NCBI GenBank assembly: GCA_964014485.1
Contig: CAXHAT010000240.1
Span: 1-10,519 of the forward strand
Source: an uncultured Deferribacteres bacterium
GTDB lineage: Bacteria; Zhuqueibacterota; Zhuqueibacteria; Zhuqueibacterales; Geothermadaptataceae
DNA length: 10,519 nt
Direction: 5' to 3'
Shown here: piece by piece, positions 5,755 through 10,519 of the stretch
How the letters are laid out: each line of letters opens with the position of its first letter
Numbering within the stretch: position 1 is the first letter of the stretch
Made by a program: the position numbers and the translations under genes
The notes under the pieces: generated by a model
What the model saw: only the letters and a program-made list of their open reading frames with translations
Databases searched by the model: none
What the model was told of the DNA's origin: nothing

Positions 5755-7995
5755 ATGGATTCAACAGAAAAAATCTGGCGCATCTCGCTGGACGCCGGCG
5801 GCACCTTCACCGATTGCCTCGCGGAATCGCCCGACGGCCGTCGCTTGCGCGCGAAAATATTGTCCAGCGGCGCCTTACGCGGCGTCGTTTCAGAAATCAT
5901 CGACTCGAAAACGTTGCTCATCCGCGAAAAATGGAATGCCCCGAAGGATTTTGTTGCCGGTTTCAAGTTCAGGCTGCTCGACGATGACCATCCTCCTTTA
6001 ACCATTGTTTCGTATCATCGGGACGACGACGGGACGTCACGTATTTCGTTGTCTGACTCGATGCCGGGAAACGCGAAAACCGGCAGTTTGTTTGAAGCCG
6101 TTTCTCCCGACGAGACGCCGATTCTTGCCGCGAAACTGGTGACGCAAACGGCTCCCGGCGACCTGCCGCCTCCAATGGCCATGCGTCTTGGAACCACGAA
6201 AGGCACCAACGCTCTGCTGGAGCGGCGAGGCGTACCGACGGCCTTTTTTGTGACCAAGGGTTTTGCCGATTTGCTCAGAATCGGCTCGCAACACCGCCCG
6301 GAATTGTTCGCGTTGGAAATCGTGAAGCCGGAGCCGCTGCATAGTTTTGTCGTAGAAGTCGATGAACGTCTCGACGCCCGAGGAAAAATCGGTCGTCCGC
6401 TGAACGAAGGTCTTGTCAAAAAAGAAGCGCTGAATGCGCTGCAAGCCGGAGCCGTATCCGCCGCCGTCGTTTTGATGCACGGATATTTGAATCCGAAGCA
6501 TGAAAACGCCGTCGCGCGGATTTTGAAGGGAATCGGCTTTCAGTATGTCGCTGTTTCTTCAGAACTTGCGCCGTTGATTAAAATCACGCCGCGTGCGGAA
6601 ACCACGGTTGTCGACGCTTACATTGGGCCAGTGATCCAAGCTTACATTCGCCGCGTCAGCGAGGCGGTCACGGAAAACGCGTTACGCATTATGACCAGCG
6701 CGGGAGGCTTGGCCGGGAGCAGCGAATTCCGTCCCAAAGACAGTCTTTTGAGCGGCCCGGCGGGCGGCGTAGTCGGCGCGGCAACAACGGGAAAACGCAG
6801 CGGCTTTGAAAAAATCATTTCCTTTGACATGGGCGGCACCAGCACGGACGTTTCGCGCTTCGACGGCGATTTTGACTACGTTTTTGAGCACGCCGTCGGC
6901 GACGCACGGCTCGTCGCCCCCGCAATTGCCATCGAAACAGTTGCGGCGGGCGGCGGCTCGATTTGCATGTTCGACGGTCAGCGATTGCGCGTTGGCCCGG
7001 AAAGCGCGGGGGCCTCGCCCGGCCCTGCGTGTTATGGCGCGGGAGGCCCATTGACCATTACGGACGTGAATTTATTGCTTGGCAGGCTCAATCCTGATCA
7101 GTTCGAAATCCCCATTTCAACATCGGCGGCGGAACGCGCGTTGGACAATGTTTTGGCCGAACTTGAAAAGAACGGCGGCGAAAAGCCTTCACGAGACGAG
7201 CTTTTGTCTGGATTTTTGGACATCGCCAATGAACGGATGGCCAACGCGATTCGCAGCATTTCCGTGCGAAAAGGGTACGACGCAGCCGAGTATGCGCTGG
7301 TGGCGTTTGGCGGAGCGGGCGCACAACATGCGTGCGCCATCGCCGATCTGTTGAATATGCGCACGGTGATTGTCCCGCAGGACGCAAGCCTTTTGAGCGC
7401 GCTCGGCATTGGACACGCCGTCATTGAACGTTTTTCAGAGAAACAGGTGTTGCAAGACCTCGCCGCGTGTGAGAACCAAATTCCAGCCTGGCTTGATGGC
7501 TTGGCGGAAAAATCACGAGGCTTGGTTAGCGGAGAAGGCGTTGCCGAAGAAGAAATCGTCATTCGTCGACGCTTATTGTTTTTGCGGTTTTCAGGGCAGG
7601 AAACGCCAATCACGGTTGAATATTCACCGGGCGTTGAGATTCGAAAAGCCTTTCTGGAGAATTACAAAACGACCTACGGCTACACGCCGAAAGATCGGGA
7701 GATAGAAGTGGAATCCATGCGCGTCGTCGCTTCCAGCCGCCCGCCGGTATTTCGCCCAACGGTTCCCAACACAGAAACAACGAGCAAGTTTTCAAAAGAA
7801 TTCTCGGCAAAAAAGAGCGTCTTTTTTGCCGACGATTGGCGAGAAGTGGCGTGCTTCAAACGAAACTCGCTGCGCATCAACCAAGAGATGCCAGGGCCTG
7901 CGTTAATTTTTGAGGATCACAGCGCCGTCAGCGTAGCGCCGGGATGGCTCGCCCAGCTTGATGAAAATCAGGCCATAATTCTGCGCAAACAGTGA
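5755..7995 (+). CDS. Hydantoinase A / 5-oxoprolinase ATP-binding part (hydantoinase/oxoprolinase family), 746 aa
   Basis: ATG at 5755 is preferred over the track start 5665 because it lies 12 residues before the first family motif. Motifs: DAGGTFTD (5791-5814), GTTKGTNALLER (6190-6225), SGPAGG (6751-6768), DMGGTSTD (6826-6849), ETVAAGGGS, VGPESAGASPGPACYG, FGGAGAQH (from 7306), GPALIFE..SAVSV.PGW. The substrate cannot be determined from sequence. Confidence 0.93.
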   Translation: MDSTEKIWRISLDAGGTFTDCLAESPDGRRLRAKILSSGALRGVVSEIIDSKTLLIREKWNAPKDFVAGFKFRLLDDDHPPLTIVSYHRDDDGTSRISLSDSMPGNAKTGSLFEAVSPDETPILAAKLVTQTAPGDLPPPMAMRLGTTKGTNALLERRGVPTAFFVTKGFADLLRIGSQHRPELFALEIVKPEPLHSFVVEVDERLDARGKIGRPLNEGLVKKEALNALQAGAVSAAVVLMHGYLNPKHENAVARILKGIGFQYVAVSSELAPLIKITPRAETTVVDAYIGPVIQAYIRRVSEAVTENALRIMTSAGGLAGSSEFRPKDSLLSGPAGGVVGAATTGKRSGFEKIISFDMGGTSTDVSRFDGDFDYVFEHAVGDARLVAPAIAIETVAAGGGSICMFDGQRLRVGPESAGASPGPACYGAGGPLTITDVNLLLGRLNPDQFEIPISTSAAERALDNVLAELEKNGGEKPSRDELLSGFLDIANERMANAIRSISVRKGYDAAEYALVAFGGAGAQHACAIADLLNMRTVIVPQDASLLSALGIGHAVIERFSEKQVLQDLAACENQIPAWLDGLAEKSRGLVSGEGVAEEEIVIRRRLLFLRFSGQETPITVEYSPGVEIRKAFLENYKTTYGYTPKDREIEVESMRVVASSRPPVFRPTVPNTETTSKFSKEFSAKKSVFFADDWREVACFKRNSLRINQEMPGPALIFEDHSAVSVAPGWLAQLDENQAIILRKQ

Positions 7996-8021
7996 GTAGG
8001 GGCGTATCGCAACGCCCCTGC
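7996..8021. repeat. GTAG-type REP-like palindrome between convergent genes; may also act as a bidirectional stop or mRNA-stabilising hairpin
   Basis: GTAGGGGCGT-ATCGCA-ACGCCCCTGC: a 10-bp stem with one T-G pair and a 6-nt loop. It starts with GTAG on the base right after the TGA and has no poly-T tail on either strand. Confidence 0.6.
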
Positions 8022-8037
8022 CCGGCAGCGCCCACAT

Positions 8038-10380
8038 TCATTCAAACAAACGCTTCAACTCTTGCGCATCAATTTTTTCAGCGCCGTTTTCATCGATTCT
8101 GACCGTCTTCTCGAGCCAAACCAGGTTGATCTTTTCCCCAACCGAGAGCAGCGAACCGATTTTAGGATAAGTTGCCAATAGGGCAAAATAAGCCTCGCCG
8201 CCAAACTTTATGTGCAAATCCGGCTTGTCAAGATCAGCAGCAATGTCATTCCAGTAACCGTTTTCCGAGAGAAAGAACTGCCGCCCGCCTGCTCGCAAAG
8301 TTCGCGCTTGCGACGCATCTTCTTGCGAGCTGTAATAGCCCGACGCCTGCTTCAATCTGTTTTTTGCCTGGCTGGCCTGCACCGCGGAAGCGCCGGAAGC
8401 CTGCGGACTTTTCGGCGCCATGAATTGATCCGTCGTCGTAATCATCGACTCGTTCAGGTTTTTCCCCAAAGATTGCAACCGATGGCGACCCAGCGTCAGC
8501 GACTCGGGCGCCCGAGATTCTTCTTTGGCCAGGTAGGAAGTGTATGGCGTGACAATGCCGAATTCCTTGCTCAAGGCCACAATTTCTTCTCGCAATTCAT
8601 CGCTTTCGCCGTTCATTTGAATTTCATCCAGCAAGTAGCCGATTTTGCGCGAAGCCCACAACGGCGCAATAAATTCATTGTCATATTCTCGACCGGCAAA
8701 ATGCAGTTTTTGCGCAAACGATTGCCGCCTGCCGTTAATTTCGCCGCTCAAACTGACATTGAAATTACCGACGGACTTGTACCGCCCGAATATGATCAAT
8801 TGCTGCCCTTTGAAAAGATCGGGAAGCTTGTGCGGATAAAGGTCTTCCGTCTCGGCGTCGCCAAAATCAATTTCGACGTTGGTCAAAACGGGATAACGGA
8901 TTTTGTCATAAAACATGCTGATCCGCTCTTCCAAATTCTCGTCTGGACTGACATAGTCGGAAAATGCGTTCGTTTCGCGCGCAACGCCGTCTAACAGGCG
9001 AGTGTTTACGTCGTAGCCAAGGCCATAGGTAAAAACGCGCACATTTCCGCGATTCTTTTCCGTGACGTTTTGCAGAATTTTCCGCTCGTTCGTCTCGCCG
9101 GAAGTCGGCAAACCGTCCGTCACGAAAACGATCAGTGCGTTCTCGCTCTCTTCCGCCAACTCAAAAGCGGCGGTCAGCGCTTCGTGAATATTCGTTCCGC
9201 CGCGCGCTTCCATCTTTTCGATGAAATTCAAGGCGTCTTCGCGTCCTTTTCCGGGAGAAGCCAGGTTGTCTTCAAATTTCTTGACAGTCGAGCTAAAAGT
9301 GATCAAACCAAACCGGTCTTTTCTGTTCAGGTTTTCAATCCAGTAGCGCAGCGACTCTTTCGCCTGCTCAATTTTCTTTCCCGACATGCTGCCGGAAACG
9401 TCGACGACCAGAACCACGTCTTTCGCGGAAACGGCGTTCTTGCTCAATTCAGCGCGCGGGGAAATCATGAGCGAAAAATAGCCGGGTTTCGACCTTCGAT
9501 CTCGCTGGGTCAGCATTCTCATGCTCACGTCGGACAAATCGAGCGCATAGTAAACGACGAAATCGCCCGCCTGCAAACCTTCGCGCCCTTCGTAGGAAAT
9601 ATTGAGTTTTCGATCATTGCGCCGCGTCACGTCAATCTCGTGGGAGGGCGAGTAAACGTTATTAATTGGCGTGGCGCTGGCGAGCTTGATCTCAACCGAA
9701 CGAAGGAGCGGGCGTTGTTTGGATTTCTTGTCCAGGGACGGCTTTACGGTATTCAACTCAATCGGCATACGATCCCAGGGTCTGATCATGGGTAAAACGC
9801 GTCCTTCCGTCTGGAGTCGTCCGCGAAACGGCAGAGAAAATTTGACGAGACCGCCTTGTTGCTCAAGAATCGTTGAAAACTCCACATCAATTTGGCGCGT
9901 TTGGCCCGCCGGAATCGGAAAGACGCTGGCTTTAAAAGTGTTTTTGTCCATCATTTCCAGCAGAGCGGGATCAAGCGCTTTTCTCACAATGTCCGTGTAA
10001 ATCTTGCGAGCTTCGTCCGCGTCGAGCAATTCGCCCCGCATCGCTTTGCCGTCAGCGTAAAGCGTAAAATCCGTGACCTGCGCGCCTTGCGGTAAGGGGA
10101 AATAAAACACGCCCTGCGCCGTTCCCGAGCCTGCGTTATAAAATTTGTGGACGGTCTTAAAATTTGCGATGTTTTCCTTAACATCAACATCGGCGTGGTA
10201 ATATTGAAGCTGAATTTCGGCGGGGTCGCGCGGGAGAATAAAGCCTTGCGCGGAAAGATTTGCGCTCAAGAAAAGCAGCCCGAAAAAGGCCGACCATTTC
10301 TGAACGACTGCGGTTTTTCGTGTTTTGGCCGCAAATGAATTTTGGCTTATTCTATCGTATCGCGTTGCATTGTTGAACAT
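8038..10380 (-). CDS. Secreted VIT (vault/inter-alpha-trypsin) + von Willebrand A domain protein, 780 aa
   Basis: The track ORF is 8038..10416; the ATG at 10380 has GGAG 7 nt upstream. Signal peptide ends FFGLLFLSANLSA|QGFILP. VIT region: F.N......QGVFYFPLP.GA.V.DF...GELLD...AR.IY..IVR...DPALLE...VFPIP. vWA MIDAS residues: DVSGS (9388-9402), GGTNI (9187-9201), TDG (9112-9120). Typical tail DLFKGQQL...GRY...LWA.RKI..LL...IVTPYTSYL. Confidence 0.92.
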   Translation of the reverse strand: MFNNATRYDRISQNSFAAKTRKTAVVQKWSAFFGLLFLSANLSAQGFILPRDPAEIQLQYYHADVDVKENIANFKTVHKFYNAGSGTAQGVFYFPLPQGAQVTDFTLYADGKAMRGELLDADEARKIYTDIVRKALDPALLEMMDKNTFKASVFPIPAGQTRQIDVEFSTILEQQGGLVKFSLPFRGRLQTEGRVLPMIRPWDRMPIELNTVKPSLDKKSKQRPLLRSVEIKLASATPINNVYSPSHEIDVTRRNDRKLNISYEGREGLQAGDFVVYYALDLSDVSMRMLTQRDRRSKPGYFSLMISPRAELSKNAVSAKDVVLVVDVSGSMSGKKIEQAKESLRYWIENLNRKDRFGLITFSSTVKKFEDNLASPGKGREDALNFIEKMEARGGTNIHEALTAAFELAEESENALIVFVTDGLPTSGETNERKILQNVTEKNRGNVRVFTYGLGYDVNTRLLDGVARETNAFSDYVSPDENLEERISMFYDKIRYPVLTNVEIDFGDAETEDLYPHKLPDLFKGQQLIIFGRYKSVGNFNVSLSGEINGRRQSFAQKLHFAGREYDNEFIAPLWASRKIGYLLDEIQMNGESDELREEIVALSKEFGIVTPYTSYLAKEESRAPESLTLGRHRLQSLGKNLNESMITTTDQFMAPKSPQASGASAVQASQAKNRLKQASGYYSSQEDASQARTLRAGGRQFFLSENGYWNDIAADLDKPDLHIKFGGEAYFALLATYPKIGSLLSVGEKINLVWLEKTVRIDENGAEKIDAQELKRLFE

Positions 10381-10427
10381 GTTTCGTCTCCAAGAATTGA
10401 TGAAATTTTTAGTCATCCATACTTGAA

Positions 10428-10453
10428 GTACATGCCCAATCCGGTTTTATTCC
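10428..10453 (-). promoter_or_regulatory. Possible ECF-sigma-type promoter for the VIT/vWA gene
   Basis: The minus strand reads GGAAT (10453-10449) - 17 nt - GTAC (10431-10428), about 48 nt upstream of the ATG. This resembles the general GGAA(C/T)...GT pattern of ECF promoters. The motif is short and no sigma gene is in the window. Confidence 0.3.
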
Positions 10454-10483
10454 GAAAAAAGTCTTGAGTAATTAGTGTCCATC

Positions 10484-10508
10484 CGGAAACGCCCCCAAGG
10501 CGTTTCTG
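10484..10508. terminator. Stem-loop upstream of the VIT/vWA gene, probably the 3' hairpin of an off-window minus-strand gene
   Basis: GAAACGCC (10486-10493) / GGCGTTTC (10499-10506) is a perfect 8-bp stem with a CCCAA loop, extendable by G-T and C-G. The minus strand at 10519-10511 reads TGA AAA TAA, a possible gene end. There is no poly-T tail on the minus strand. Confidence 0.4.
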
Positions 10509-10519
10509 AGTTATTTTCA

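Noticed and set aside
8212..9795. Long plus-strand ORFs 8212..8994 (260 aa) and 9070..9795 (241 aa)
   Set aside because: Both are in exact codon register antisense to the VIT/vWA gene, a common shadow effect, and have no recognisable domains.
1..10519. Anti-phage defence system, toxin-immunity pair, prophage or biosynthetic cluster
   Set aside because: No nuclease, NTPase sensor, reverse transcriptase, integrase, structural phage or biosynthetic motifs were found, and there is no small immunity-like gene beside the hydrolases.

Overview
Bacterial window with four protein-coding genes and several structured intergenic elements. The style of the C-terminal sorting domain suggests an FCB-superphylum organism (inference only). 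From left to right: (1) a minus-strand lipoprotein with an NlpC/P60-type Cys-His-His domain, followed by an intrinsic terminator; (2) a divergent intergenic region holding a 141-bp MITE-like element (19-bp terminal inverted repeats, TAA direct repeats) that encloses a pair of REP-like hairpins showing compensatory base changes; (3) a ~1460-aa secreted mosaic protein with a Ser alpha/beta-hydrolase, PPC-like domain, 7-repeat beta-propeller, CARDB, M23 Zn-endopeptidase, beta-sandwich module and FlgD-Ig/T9SS-type C-terminal domain; (4) a hydantoinase A/5-oxoprolinase ATPase half with no B half next to it, its stop codon directly followed by a GTAG-type REP hairpin; (5) a convergent secreted VIT+vWA protein with a possible ECF-sigma promoter. 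No rRNA, tRNA, CRISPR array or transposase was seen. The most unusual items are the nested MITE/REP element and the esterase-M23 fusion facing an NlpC/P60 lipoprotein. All family assignments come from motif reading, not database searches.
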